From the NCBI GenBank assembly GCA_035304485.1, contig DATGPZ010000069.1:324-64323 (forward strand): a stretch of 64,000 bases of DNA, given 5' to 3'. Below, one piece after another: positions 17,034-25,830 of the stretch. Each line of letters starts with the position of its first letter. Position 1 is the first letter of the stretch. This stretch comes from Acidimicrobiia bacterium (GTDB lineage: Bacteria > Actinomycetota > Acidimicrobiia > Spongiisociales > ZC4RG35). The notes beneath the pieces were generated by a model. It ran no database searches and was not told where the DNA came from. It worked only from the letters and a program-made list of their open reading frames with translations. Both the position numbers and the translations under genes were made by a program.

Positions 17034-17789
17034 ATGCCTCTCCTCTCCATCGCCGGCGGTGCCCTCTTCGCGGAGCGGTTCGGCAGTGGACCCCCGCGGG
17101 TGCTGGCGCTCCACGGCTGGGGTCGGCGGGGTGCCGATTTCTCGGCGGCTCTGGATGGTCTCGACGCCATCGCCCTCGACCTGCCGGGGTTCGGGGCTTC
17201 CCCGCCACCGTCCGAAGCGCTGGGGGCCGCCGGTTACGCCGAGCTGATCCAGCCCGTGGACGACTTGTTCGACGAGCCGCCCGTCGTGGTCGGGCACTCC
17301 TTCGGAGGCCGGGTGGCGGTGGCCGCCCAGGCGAGCCGGCCGGGCTGGGCGGCAGGCCTCGTGCTGGTGGGGAGTCCGCTGATCCGCCTCAGCGCCGGTC
17401 GTCGGCCTCCACTGGTCTACCGCGTCGCGCGGCTGGCACATCGGGCGGGGCTGATCTCCGACGAGGTGATGGAACGCCGGAGAAAACGGCACGGGTCCGC
17501 CGACTACCGGGCCGCTCAGGGAGTCATGCGAGACGTCTTGGTCCGCGTCGTCAACGAGTCCTACGAGCACGAGCTGCAACGGCTCGGGGTCCCGGTCACG
17601 CTGCTGTGGGGCGCCAACGACACCGAGGCTCCCGTAGCGATCGCCCGCCTCGCCCGTGACCTGATCGAGTCGGCCGGGGACCCGGTCGAGTTGGAGATCC
17701 GGGAGAGTCTCGGTCATCACTTGCCGGTTCAGAACCCCGAGGTCGTCAGGGAGGCCGTCGAAGCCATGCTCGCCCGGGTGGGCAGATGA
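17034..17789 (+). CDS. Alpha/beta-fold hydrolase
   Basis: Nucleophile elbow GHSFGG and an HG oxyanion region (VLALHGWG), 251 aa. Confidence 0.75.
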   Translation: MPLLSIAGGALFAERFGSGPPRVLALHGWGRRGADFSAALDGLDAIALDLPGFGASPPPSEALGAAGYAELIQPVDDLFDEPPVVVGHSFGGRVAVAAQASRPGWAAGLVLVGSPLIRLSAGRRPPLVYRVARLAHRAGLISDEVMERRRKRHGSADYRAAQGVMRDVLVRVVNESYEHELQRLGVPVTLLWGANDTEAPVAIARLARDLIESAGDPVELEIRESLGHHLPVQNPEVVREAVEAMLARVGR

Positions 17790-19276
17790 GGTCGGTCGTT
17801 CTCATCGGGCTGGGAGTTGCAGCCGGGATCGCCGGCTTGCGCTGGCTACGGGTGGCGCAGCGGGAGCACTACCTGGGGGGCACGGTTGCGCGCTTCGCCT
17901 GGCGGTGGTGGACGCTCGGACCGGTCTCGATCGGGCTGGGTTTGGTCGCGCTCGCCGGGTTGGGCGCTTGCCTCGTACGCGAGCCGTTCGCCCTCCTCAC
18001 GGCGCTGGCGGTGGCTCTGGGGCCGCCCGGGCTGGGTCTGCGGGGTCGCACCTCTCCGCTCGCCTGGACGGGTCGCCTCAGGCGGCTGGCCCTGGTGGTG
18101 GGGGTAGTCGTAGCGCTCGCTCTCCTCGCCGGGTGGTTCCTGCACGTCTGGGTCACTGCGGTGGTGGTGACGGCGCTGCCGGTGGTGTTCGACCTCGCCC
18201 TGGTGTTGCTGGCTCCGGTCGAGAGGCGGATGGGCGATCCCTGGGTCGACAAGGCGGCCCGTGCGCTGTCCGGCTCGGGTGCGAAGGTGGTGGCCATCAC
18301 GGGGTCGTACGGGAAGACGTCGACGAAGGGCTACGTGGCGCAGCTGCTGGCGGGAGACCGCCGGGTGTTGGCGAGCCCCGCCTCGTTCAACAATCGGATG
18401 GGACTGGCCCGGGCGATAAACGAGCACCTGGCCGGTGGCCTCGACGTGTTCATCGCGGAGATGGGTACCTACGGAAAGGGAGAGATCGCCGACCTCTGCG
18501 CGTGGATCCCTCCCGACATCGCCGTGATAACGGCCATCGGACCGGTCCACCTGGAACGATTCGGATCGGAGGAGAACATCGTCGAAGCCAAGGCCGAGAT
18601 CCTCGAACGCGCCTCGGTCGCGATCCTGAACGTCGATGATCCGCGCCTGGCGGCCGTGGCCGAGAGGGAACGGGGCCGGCGGCGGGTGATCACGGCCTCG
18701 ACCGGGGCGACCGCCGACGTTCGGGTGGTGGATGGTGAGGTGAGTATCGACGGCGCTCTCATAGCTAGAGCTCCGGAGACTGCTCACCACGGGAACGTGG
18801 CGTGTGCGGTGGCGGTGGCGGTGGCCCTCGGCGTTTCCACTGAGGAGATTAGGGAACGGCTGGGCGGGCTGACCGAGCCGGAGCATCGTCGCACCGTGAT
18901 CACGGGTGCGGGAGGAGCGATGATCATCGACGACACCTTCAATTCCAATCCGGCCGGAGCCAGGGCGGCACTCGAGATGCTGCAGACGCTGGACGTCAGT
19001 GGGCGGCGAGTGGTGGTCACACCGGGCATGGTGGAGTTGGGCCGGCGACAAGAGGACGAGAACCGGGCGTTCGCGGCCCAGGCGGCCCGGGTGGCTGACT
19101 TCGTGGCGGTGGTGGGGCGCACCAACCGCCGGGCACTCGTCGCCGGTGCCCGACAAGGAGAGGCAGAGGTGCTGGTCTTCCCGGACCGGGAGGCGGCCGT
19201 GGCGTGGGTCCGCAGCCACCTCGGTCCGGGCGACGCAGTCCTCTACGAGAACGACCTCCCCGACCACTTTCCCTGA
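17786..19276 (+). CDS. MurF-like Mur ligase with an N-terminal polytopic membrane domain in place of the UDP-binding domain
   Basis: The first ~150 aa are about 4 hydrophobic helices. Then come MurF-like motifs: ITGSYGKTSTKG, SFNNRMG, EMGTYGKGEI, PVHLERFGS, VVTPGMVELG. ATGA overlap with the hydrolase gene. Confidence 0.7.
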   Translation: MRSVVLIGLGVAAGIAGLRWLRVAQREHYLGGTVARFAWRWWTLGPVSIGLGLVALAGLGACLVREPFALLTALAVALGPPGLGLRGRTSPLAWTGRLRRLALVVGVVVALALLAGWFLHVWVTAVVVTALPVVFDLALVLLAPVERRMGDPWVDKAARALSGSGAKVVAITGSYGKTSTKGYVAQLLAGDRRVLASPASFNNRMGLARAINEHLAGGLDVFIAEMGTYGKGEIADLCAWIPPDIAVITAIGPVHLERFGSEENIVEAKAEILERASVAILNVDDPRLAAVAERERGRRRVITASTGATADVRVVDGEVSIDGALIARAPETAHHGNVACAVAVAVALGVSTEEIRERLGGLTEPEHRRTVITGAGGAMIIDDTFNSNPAGARAALEMLQTLDVSGRRVVVTPGMVELGRRQEDENRAFAAQAARVADFVAVVGRTNRRALVAGARQGEAEVLVFPDREAAVAWVRSHLGPGDAVLYENDLPDHFP

Positions 19277-19280
19277 GTCA

Positions 19281-20717
19281 TCAGGGAGCCCATTCGTCGA
19301 CGGTCAGGCCGACGACCTTCAGCCGGCCGTCCTCGTATGACAAAGAGACGATCCAGGTCATCCAGTCGAGGCCTTCGTACCGGGCTTCGTCGCCGGGATC
19401 GTGGACCGTCACGAAACGGAACCCTCGGAGTTCGGTCGGCAACGCCAGGGCAGCGGGACGGCCGTTCGGCCCTTCCAGGACCTCGTCCACGAGGATCACC
19501 GTGTCGGCGTCGTCGTGGGCGTCCACGTAACGTTCGGCGATCGCTTCGGAGAAGGTACGGGGCTGGATCTCGGGGCTGTCCGGCTCCAGGGCGTTGGAGC
19601 CCCAGCGACGGGCCGTCGCATCGGTGAGGAGTCCGCCGACCTCTGACCGGGGGAACCTGACCGGAGGCGCATGATGGGCGACCCACAGCCCCCGAGAGCT
19701 GATCAGGTCGGTGAGGTCTCCGCCGGCCGCCATTCGCTCGGCCAGGGCCGCGGCCACGGCGGCGGCGTCGCCCGGCGACCGCTCGGGGACCGAGGTCAGG
19801 TAGAAGCCGTTCACCCAACCTGCGCCCGACGGCGTAGCGATCTCGACCCAGGTGGACCCGTTGACGGACCGGGTCGGTCCGCCGGCTGCGACGGTGACTC
19901 CCGGCAGCAGCCGTCCCATGATCTCCTCGCCCGCCCCAGGTGCCACCCGCACGTTGAGGTGGTCGTCCGCGGGCACCAGGACGACGACGGCGGGTTCCGG
20001 GTGGGTGCCTCCAGGCGCGGGCAGGTCGTTCTGGGTCCAGACCGGTGCGCCTCCCGTGGAAGGGGTGCCTTCTCCGATCGGCACCGAATCGGTGAAATCG
20101 GATCGTGTCAGGGGCCCGTCGATGACCACTCCTTCACTGCCGAACGTGTCGACGGTCTTGCCGTCCAGGACCAGGCGCACCCGCTCCACCGACGAGAACT
20201 CGGTCAGGGTGTAGACGAGTTGGGCCAAGCGGCCGAGAGTGGAAGCCGAGCCGGCCCCGGTCTCGAACTCCGCCGACAGGTCGACCACGGCGGTGCCTTG
20301 GTCGATCGTGATTCCGAGGAGGACGGTATCGGGGGGAAATGCCGTCGCCAGCCCCGATCCCGCCTCCGAGGCGTCGGGGCCGGCGATGAGCGCACGCACC
20401 GCTGCAGCCGCCACTCCGGTGTCGGTGACGGTCCGGGGCCGCGGGACGGCCCGGCCGTCGGTGTCGAGGAAGTACACGAGAACCGTTGTCTCGGTACCTC
20501 CGCTGGGTGGCTCGGGTCGGGTGGTGGGGGAGGAGTCGTCCGGGCTCGTGGGTGTCGTCTCACCCGAGGGCGTGGTGGTGGACGAGTCGGGTGCGGTGAG
20601 GGTCGTCGTCGTGGTGTCCTCCGGGACGGTCAAGGGACCGGCGCTGCCCGCCCCTCCGCCGCCTCCACAAGCGGCCAGGGTGAACATCATCACGGCCAAA
20701 GCGGTCACGGATCTCAC
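19281..20717 (-). CDS. LpqB-like lipoprotein (GerMN domain plus SH3b-like domain)
   Basis: Lipobox LAAC after the signal peptide and a Thr/Pro-rich linker. GerMN-like segment VLVYFLD...VVDLSAEF...VRLVLDG. SH3b-like HLNVRVAPG...WVEIATPSGAGWVNGFYL. It is the third gene of an mtrA-mtrB-like operon (4-nt overlap). Confidence 0.7.
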   Translation of the reverse strand: MRSVTALAVMMFTLAACGGGGGAGSAGPLTVPEDTTTTTLTAPDSSTTTPSGETTPTSPDDSSPTTRPEPPSGGTETTVLVYFLDTDGRAVPRPRTVTDTGVAAAAVRALIAGPDASEAGSGLATAFPPDTVLLGITIDQGTAVVDLSAEFETGAGSASTLGRLAQLVYTLTEFSSVERVRLVLDGKTVDTFGSEGVVIDGPLTRSDFTDSVPIGEGTPSTGGAPVWTQNDLPAPGGTHPEPAVVVLVPADDHLNVRVAPGAGEEIMGRLLPGVTVAAGGPTRSVNGSTWVEIATPSGAGWVNGFYLTSVPERSPGDAAAVAAALAERMAAGGDLTDLISSRGLWVAHHAPPVRFPRSEVGGLLTDATARRWGSNALEPDSPEIQPRTFSEAIAERYVDAHDDADTVILVDEVLEGPNGRPAALALPTELRGFRFVTVHDPGDEARYEGLDWMTWIVSLSYEDGRLKVVGLTVDEWAP

Positions 20718-22180
20718 TCGATGGCTCCTCTCGTCGGATCGTCTCCAGCATGAGGAGCCGCCCTCGCAGCGTCATCACCGTCGTGTAACAGTTCCGCGAC
20801 AGGAAATCGGACGGTCACCCCGAAACCTCCCTTCTCGGGTGACCGCGCCGTGATCGATCCTCCCAGCCGGGCGGCGTGCCGGGCCGCGATCGACATGCCG
20901 AGCCCGGTCCCCGAAGAGCGGGACCGGTCACCGGTGGAGAATCGCTCGAAGATGCGATCCAGATCCTCCGCCGCCACTCCCGGACCCTCGTCGGTCACTT
21001 CGATCACACAGTCGCGCCCGTCCAGGGACGCTCCCAGCACGGTGGCGGCTCCCGGGGCGTGGCGACGAGCGTTGTCGAGGAGGTTCCCGACGATGCGTTC
21101 GACCGAGTGACGGTCGGTGACGATGGGGCCCGGCACCTGGCATTCGAGGCGGGCGGCCGGGTGGTGGAGACCGATGAGGGCCGACAGGACCGCGCCCAGG
21201 TCGATCGGCTCGCGGCGCACCGGCGTCGAGGCGCTCTCCAGGTGCGACAGCTCGAGGAGGTCGTCGACCAGGCGTTTCAGGCGGTCCACATCGGCTTCGA
21301 CCAGGGCCGCCAGGCGGACTTCGTCGGAATCGGCCGAGGCCGACCGCCGGACGCGTTCTGCCAGGAGCCGGGCAGCGTTGACCAGCCCCGTGACCGGAGT
21401 GCGGAGCTCGTGGGAGGCGTCGGCGATGAAGTCCCGCTCTCGTTGGCGGGCGGCCTCGAGCTGGGCGATGGTCCGCTGCAACGAGGCGGCCATGTCGTTG
21501 AAGGAGGAGGACAGGTCGGCGAACTCGTCGCGTCCCTCCACCGGAAGGCGAACCTGGAGGTCGCCGGCCGACATGGCCCGGGCCGCTCGTTGGGCCGCTT
21601 CCACGGGCCGCAGCACCCGTCGTGAGAGCGCCAAGGCGAGGGAGGCACCGGCGGCGATGGCCACGAGCCCAGCCCCGCCGGTGACCAGCAGCACTTGCTG
21701 GCTGGCGGCGGTCAGGCTCTCGGCGGGACTCGTGAAGGTGAAATCGGGGCCGTCGGGAGGGAGACGGGCGCCTGTGACCAGTTCGATGCCGTCGGCACTC
21801 TCGACGAATTCGTAGGCGATCTCGCCCCCAGCCACGATGGCGGCGAATTCGGCCGACACCGCCGGCACCGGCGAACCGGCCGCTACCCGGGTCCCGTCGG
21901 AGTAGGTGGCGGTCACCCCGCGAGGCCCGCGTAGGAGAAACCGATCCAAGAGACCCGAATCCTCGAGTGCTTCGGGTGGAGGCGAATCGGCCAGGCCCAT
22001 GGCCGGTGTGAGAACCGCCAGGTTGAATTCGGTGGCGGCGACGGCGTCGGCGACGAGCCGAGAGCGCAGGGATCCGTCCAAGAGCAGGCGCGAGACTGCG
22101 GTGAGGGCCACGACGGTCGACGCCACCACCGCGACCAGAGACCAGAGGAGCCGCCTTCGCAGGGTGCTGGCTCGCCTCAT
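20714..22180 (-). CDS. Sensor histidine kinase (HAMP-HisKA-HATPase), MtrB-like by context
   Basis: ASHELRTPVTG H-box, HAMP region, two TM segments. 4-nt overlaps on both sides. Confidence 0.8.
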   Translation of the reverse strand: MRRASTLRRRLLWSLVAVVASTVVALTAVSRLLLDGSLRSRLVADAVAATEFNLAVLTPAMGLADSPPPEALEDSGLLDRFLLRGPRGVTATYSDGTRVAAGSPVPAVSAEFAAIVAGGEIAYEFVESADGIELVTGARLPPDGPDFTFTSPAESLTAASQQVLLVTGGAGLVAIAAGASLALALSRRVLRPVEAAQRAARAMSAGDLQVRLPVEGRDEFADLSSSFNDMAASLQRTIAQLEAARQRERDFIADASHELRTPVTGLVNAARLLAERVRRSASADSDEVRLAALVEADVDRLKRLVDDLLELSHLESASTPVRREPIDLGAVLSALIGLHHPAARLECQVPGPIVTDRHSVERIVGNLLDNARRHAPGAATVLGASLDGRDCVIEVTDEGPGVAAEDLDRIFERFSTGDRSRSSGTGLGMSIAARHAARLGGSITARSPEKGGFGVTVRFPVAELLHDGDDAARAAPHAGDDPTRGAIE

Positions 22181-22872
22181 CTCCGAGCGCGGTAGCCGAA
22201 GCCGCGGACGGTCTCGATCAGCTCCGGGTGAGCCGGATCGGCCTCGAGCTTGGACCGCAGGCGCTGGATCGCCACGTCGACCAGCCGGGTGTCACCCACG
22301 GCCGGGTATCCCCATACGTTCTCGAGCAGCAACTCGCGGGTCATGACCCTCCCTGCACTCGAGGCGAGTTCGACCAGGAGCCGGAACTCGGTCGGTGAGA
22401 GCGAGATCTCGGTCTCACCACGCACCACCCGATGGCTGGCCACGTCCACGGTGACGTCCCCCAGTCGCAGCGCCTCGTCGCCCAGCTCACCGCTCACTCG
22501 TCGCAGGGCCGCCCGCAGCCGAGCGACCAGGATCGCCATCTCGAACGGCTTCGTCACGTAGTCGTCGGCACCCAGTTCCAGGCCGGCGACGACGTCAGTC
22601 GTCGTGTCCCGGGCAGTCAGCATGACGACCGGGGTGGCCGACATCTTGCGGATGGCCCGGAGCACCTCCAACCCGTCGCGTTTGGGCAGCATCACGTCGA
22701 GCACAACGGCGTCGGGCGCATCGCCCCGGAACCTCGCCAGGCCCGCCTCTCCGTCGGCGGCGGTCACGACCTCGAACCCGGCATCCCTGAGACCGATACG
22801 TGTCGTCTCGCGAATCGATGGGTCGTCTTCGACGAGGAGGATCCGGGCTTGCACATCGTCAGTATCGTCCAC
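22177..22872 (-). CDS. OmpR/PhoB-family response regulator, MtrA-like by context
   Basis: Receiver domain (ILLVEDD, DVMLP, TARD, KPF) plus a winged-helix C-terminus (...IETVRGFGYR). Confidence 0.85.
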   Translation of the reverse strand: MDDTDDVQARILLVEDDPSIRETTRIGLRDAGFEVVTAADGEAGLARFRGDAPDAVVLDVMLPKRDGLEVLRAIRKMSATPVVMLTARDTTTDVVAGLELGADDYVTKPFEMAILVARLRAALRRVSGELGDEALRLGDVTVDVASHRVVRGETEISLSPTEFRLLVELASSAGRVMTRELLLENVWGYPAVGDTRLVDVAIQRLRSKLEADPAHPELIETVRGFGYRARR

Positions 22873-22944
22873 CGGATCGCGGGGGAGTGGCTGCGAGCGC
22901 GAGTTGCGCGACTCCGTCTCTCTGAGGTCGTACCATCACGACCC

Positions 22945-24012
22945 ATGACTAGAGCAGCCGTCCTCTTTGGAGGGCCGAGCGACGAACACGACATCTCGAT
23001 CCTCACCGGCCTGCAGGTGGCGCATGCCCTGGACGACCCTGCCGCCCTGTATTGGTCCAAAGCGGGGGAGTGGTTCCTGGTCGACCCCGACTCCGAAGCC
23101 GCCGACTTCGTCGAGGGTGTTCCTCGAAAGGCCCGTCCCGTGTCGTTCGTCGCCTCGAGCCAGGGCGGGTTCCTGGTCAAGCGGAAGCCCCTGGACTTCG
23201 ATGTGGCGGTCATCGCCTGTCACGGGGGGCCGGGCGAAGACGGGACCTTGCAGGGAGCCTTGGATCTAGCCGGAATCCGCTACACCGGTCCTGGCCAGGC
23301 CGCTTCGGCCCTGGGGATGGACAAGTTCGCCTTCGGAGCGGCGATGAGGACTGCGGGCCTTCCCACCCTCGACCGGATCCTGGTGTCTCCGGAGTCGGAG
23401 CCGCCCTTCGCCGGGCCCTACATCGTCAAGCCTCGTTTCGGGGGATCCTCGATCGGGATCGAGGTGGTGGAGGACTGGCCCACGGCGAAGGCCCTGGTGG
23501 AGCGTTCACCGTTCATGGGCTCGGGAGGAGTGGCGGAGCCGTTCGTGGACGGGAGCCGGGATCTGCAGTTGGCAGTGCGGACCCATCCCTCCCTCGAGTT
23601 GTCGGCGATCGAGGAACCGGCCCGCTCGGGCGGGATCTACGGCTACGACCAGAAGTACCTGGCTTGGGGTGGCGAGGTGTCAGCGGGACGGAAGCTGCCG
23701 GCCGACCTCGACGGCGTGCTGGAGGAGCGTTTGCGGGGTCTGGCCCGCCAGGTGGCAGAGGTGACCGGGGTGAGGGGCATCGCCCGCATCGACTTCCTGG
23801 AACGGGATGGGGAGGTCTGGGTAAACGAGATCAACACCATCCCCGGTTCGATGGCCGCCTATCTGTGGATCGATCCGCCTCGCTCCCGGGCGGAGTTGTT
23901 CGCCGACCTGGTGGCCGAGGCAGCCGCCGGTCCGGCACGCGTCTTCTCTACCGCCGGTTCCGACGGCGCCGCTCTCCGCAACGCGGGCGCGATCGAATCG
24001 AAGTTGGGCTGA
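22945..24012 (+). CDS. ddl: D-alanine--D-alanine ligase
   Basis: MTRAAVLFGGPSDEHDISILTG... N-terminus, ATP-grasp body, NEINTIPG motif. Only the last 355 aa of track ORF 22432..24012 are credible. Confidence 0.85.
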   Translation: MTRAAVLFGGPSDEHDISILTGLQVAHALDDPAALYWSKAGEWFLVDPDSEAADFVEGVPRKARPVSFVASSQGGFLVKRKPLDFDVAVIACHGGPGEDGTLQGALDLAGIRYTGPGQAASALGMDKFAFGAAMRTAGLPTLDRILVSPESEPPFAGPYIVKPRFGGSSIGIEVVEDWPTAKALVERSPFMGSGGVAEPFVDGSRDLQLAVRTHPSLELSAIEEPARSGGIYGYDQKYLAWGGEVSAGRKLPADLDGVLEERLRGLARQVAEVTGVRGIARIDFLERDGEVWVNEINTIPGSMAAYLWIDPPRSRAELFADLVAEAAAGPARVFSTAGSDGAALRNAGAIESKLG

Positions 24013-24022
24013 CCGACTTCGG

Positions 24023-24256
24023 TCAGAGGTTCACCACGGGGCAGGTGAGGGTCCGGGTGATGCCTTCGATGGCCTGGATTCGGGCGACGACGAGCTTTCC
24101 CAGAGCGTCCACGTCGTCGGCCGTCGCTTTCACGATCACGTCATAGGGACCGGTGACGTCGTCGGCGTTGTCGACTCCGGGGATCTCCCGGACCTCGTCG
24201 GCGACCAGGGCCGCCTTGCCGACTTCCGTCTGGATCAGCACGTATGCCTGAACCAC
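24023..24256 (-). CDS. Small Lrp/AsnC-type ligand-binding-domain protein (77 aa)
   Basis: MVQAYVLIQTEVGKA...VREIPGV...VTGPYDVIV... is typical of the stand-alone AsnC C-terminal domain. Confidence 0.7.
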   Translation of the reverse strand: MVQAYVLIQTEVGKAALVADEVREIPGVDNADDVTGPYDVIVKATADDVDALGKLVVARIQAIEGITRTLTCPVVNL

Positions 24257-24349
24257 TAACCCTCCTCTTGTCTCGGACGGCGGACTATACCGATGGCGCG
24301 CTCGCTCCGCCGAGGAGAGTGGAGGGTGGGGATCGGACGGTCGGAGGAC

Positions 24350-24568
24350 TCAGTACTGGTCCTGGCCGACCCTCACGTTGGACACGTAGGCGGTGCCGTC
24401 TTCTTCGGCCAGGTCGAACACGATCCGCTGTCCCTGGCGCAGGGTGCGGAAGATCGACCCCCGCAGGGATCCGGGCCTGAGATAGACCTCGGAGCGGTCG
24501 TCGTCGCGCACGACGACACCGACACCGCTCACGGGATCGTAGGTCTGGACGACTCCCTGGACCGCCAT
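24350..24568 (-). CDS. Divergent cold-shock-domain-like small protein (72 aa)
   Basis: MAVQGVVQTYDPVSGVGVVVRDD...LRQGQRIVFDL..DGTAYVSNVRV follows the CSD beta-barrel spacing but lacks canonical RNP motifs. It starts 8 nt after the rpmB stop on the same strand. Confidence 0.45.
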   Translation of the reverse strand: MAVQGVVQTYDPVSGVGVVVRDDDRSEVYLRPGSLRGSIFRTLRQGQRIVFDLAEEDGTAYVSNVRVGQDQY

Positions 24569-24576
24569 CGGCGGGA

Positions 24577-24765
24577 TCAGGCCTTTTCGACTTTGCCGGC
24601 CCGGATGCACGACGTGCAAACGCGAGCCCGGCGCGTGTTCGAGCCGTGCCGGACGCGGATGCGCTGGATGTTCGGGAGCCAGCGGCGGTTGTTTCGCTTG
24701 TGGGAGAAGCTCACGGTCTTTCCGTAGCCGGGGCCTTTCCCGCAGATCTCACAGTGATACGACAA
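24577..24765 (-). CDS. rpmB: 50S ribosomal protein L28
   Basis: [34 protein letters not shown]...; TTG start with AGGAG 6 nt upstream. Confidence 0.95.
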   Translation of the reverse strand: MSYHCEICGKGPGYGKTVSFSHKRNNRRWLPNIQRIRVRHGSNTRRARVCTSCIRAGKVEKA

Positions 24766-24860
24766 GAGGGTCTCCTGGGGACAGCCGAAAAGGATAGCTT
24801 CGAGCCGACGGTGGTCGAAACCGTCCTCTGGGGTTCCGTCGGGCTGGGCTTGTATCCTCG

Positions 24861-25826
24861 GTGGCCGTGACCCGACCCTCCTCCCACCGGCATCGCTACG
24901 AGGTGATGTTCTTCCTCGAGGCAGAGGACGACCGCCTCGAGACGTTCAAGCGGCGCTGGGAGGCCATCGGCGACGAGGTGGCGGTGGTCGGCGAAGACGG
25001 GCTGTGGAACTGCCACATCCACACCGACGACGTCGGAGCCGCCGTGGAAGCGGGGATCGAGGCGGGGCGCCCGCGTCGCATCCGGGTCACGGATCTCCAC
25101 GTGGAGATGGGAGAGTTGGAGGCAGACGTGGCGGCGGGGGGCTTCAGCCCGCTCTCGGAGGTGCTCGATTCGAAGGTGGGAGTGCTGGCGGTGTGCGATG
25201 GTGCCGGCTTGGTCGAGCGGTTCCGGAGGGCAGGCGTCCAGCACGTCGTCGCCGGCCGCTACCTGGAGAGGGTGCTGGAACGCATGGTCGAGGCGACCGA
25301 GGAAGCGCCGGCGGAGGTGGTCGTGCTCCTACCCAACGACCGGCTGCTGGTTCCGATGGCGGAGGCTGTGGACGGCCTGACCACCAAAGAGGTCCACGTC
25401 GTCCCGACCCGGAGCGTGGTCCAGGGTCTGGCGGCGATGCTCGCCTACCGGCCCGGTGTCAGCGACGTGGAATCCCTCCTCGACGACATGGCGGTGGCGG
25501 CCGGTGCGGTCGAGCACGGAGAGGTGGTGCAAGCCGACCGGTCCGCCCGAACCGATGGCTGGGTGATCGCGCCGGGTGATTGGCTGGGTATCGCCGACGG
25601 CAAAGTGGTCGTGGTGGATCGAGACCGGTTCTCGGTCCTGCGAGGGTTGGTCGCCGCCATCCTCCCCGCCCAGGCTCATTCGGTCACCGTGTATCGCGGA
25701 GAGCACGGCACGCAGGCAGACGTCAAGGCGCTGGAAGCGTGGATGTCCGACACTCATCCCGGAGTCGTCGTCGTGGGCGTGGATGGCAGCCAGCCGGTCC
25801 AGCCATATCTCGTATCGGTGGAGTGA
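24861..25826 (+). CDS. YloV/FakA-like protein lacking the N-terminal Dak2 domain
   Basis: It begins directly in the middle domain ([11 protein letters not shown]..., WNCHIHTDD) and continues through the DegV-like C-terminal region. Total length is 321 aa, with only 95 nt of space upstream before rpmB. Confidence 0.65.
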   Translation: MAVTRPSSHRHRYEVMFFLEAEDDRLETFKRRWEAIGDEVAVVGEDGLWNCHIHTDDVGAAVEAGIEAGRPRRIRVTDLHVEMGELEADVAAGGFSPLSEVLDSKVGVLAVCDGAGLVERFRRAGVQHVVAGRYLERVLERMVEATEEAPAEVVVLLPNDRLLVPMAEAVDGLTTKEVHVVPTRSVVQGLAAMLAYRPGVSDVESLLDDMAVAAGAVEHGEVVQADRSARTDGWVIAPGDWLGIADGKVVVVDRDRFSVLRGLVAAILPAQAHSVTVYRGEHGTQADVKALEAWMSDTHPGVVVVGVDGSQPVQPYLVSVE

Positions 25827-25830
25827 GGCC

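Noticed and set aside
17786-19276. Idea that the TM-anchored Mur-ligase is a PgsB/CapB-type poly-gamma-glutamate synthetase.
   Set aside because: The motifs (SFNNRMG, EMGTYGKGEI, VHLERFGS, PGMVELG) track MurF specifically. No pgsC or pgsA-like partners are adjacent.
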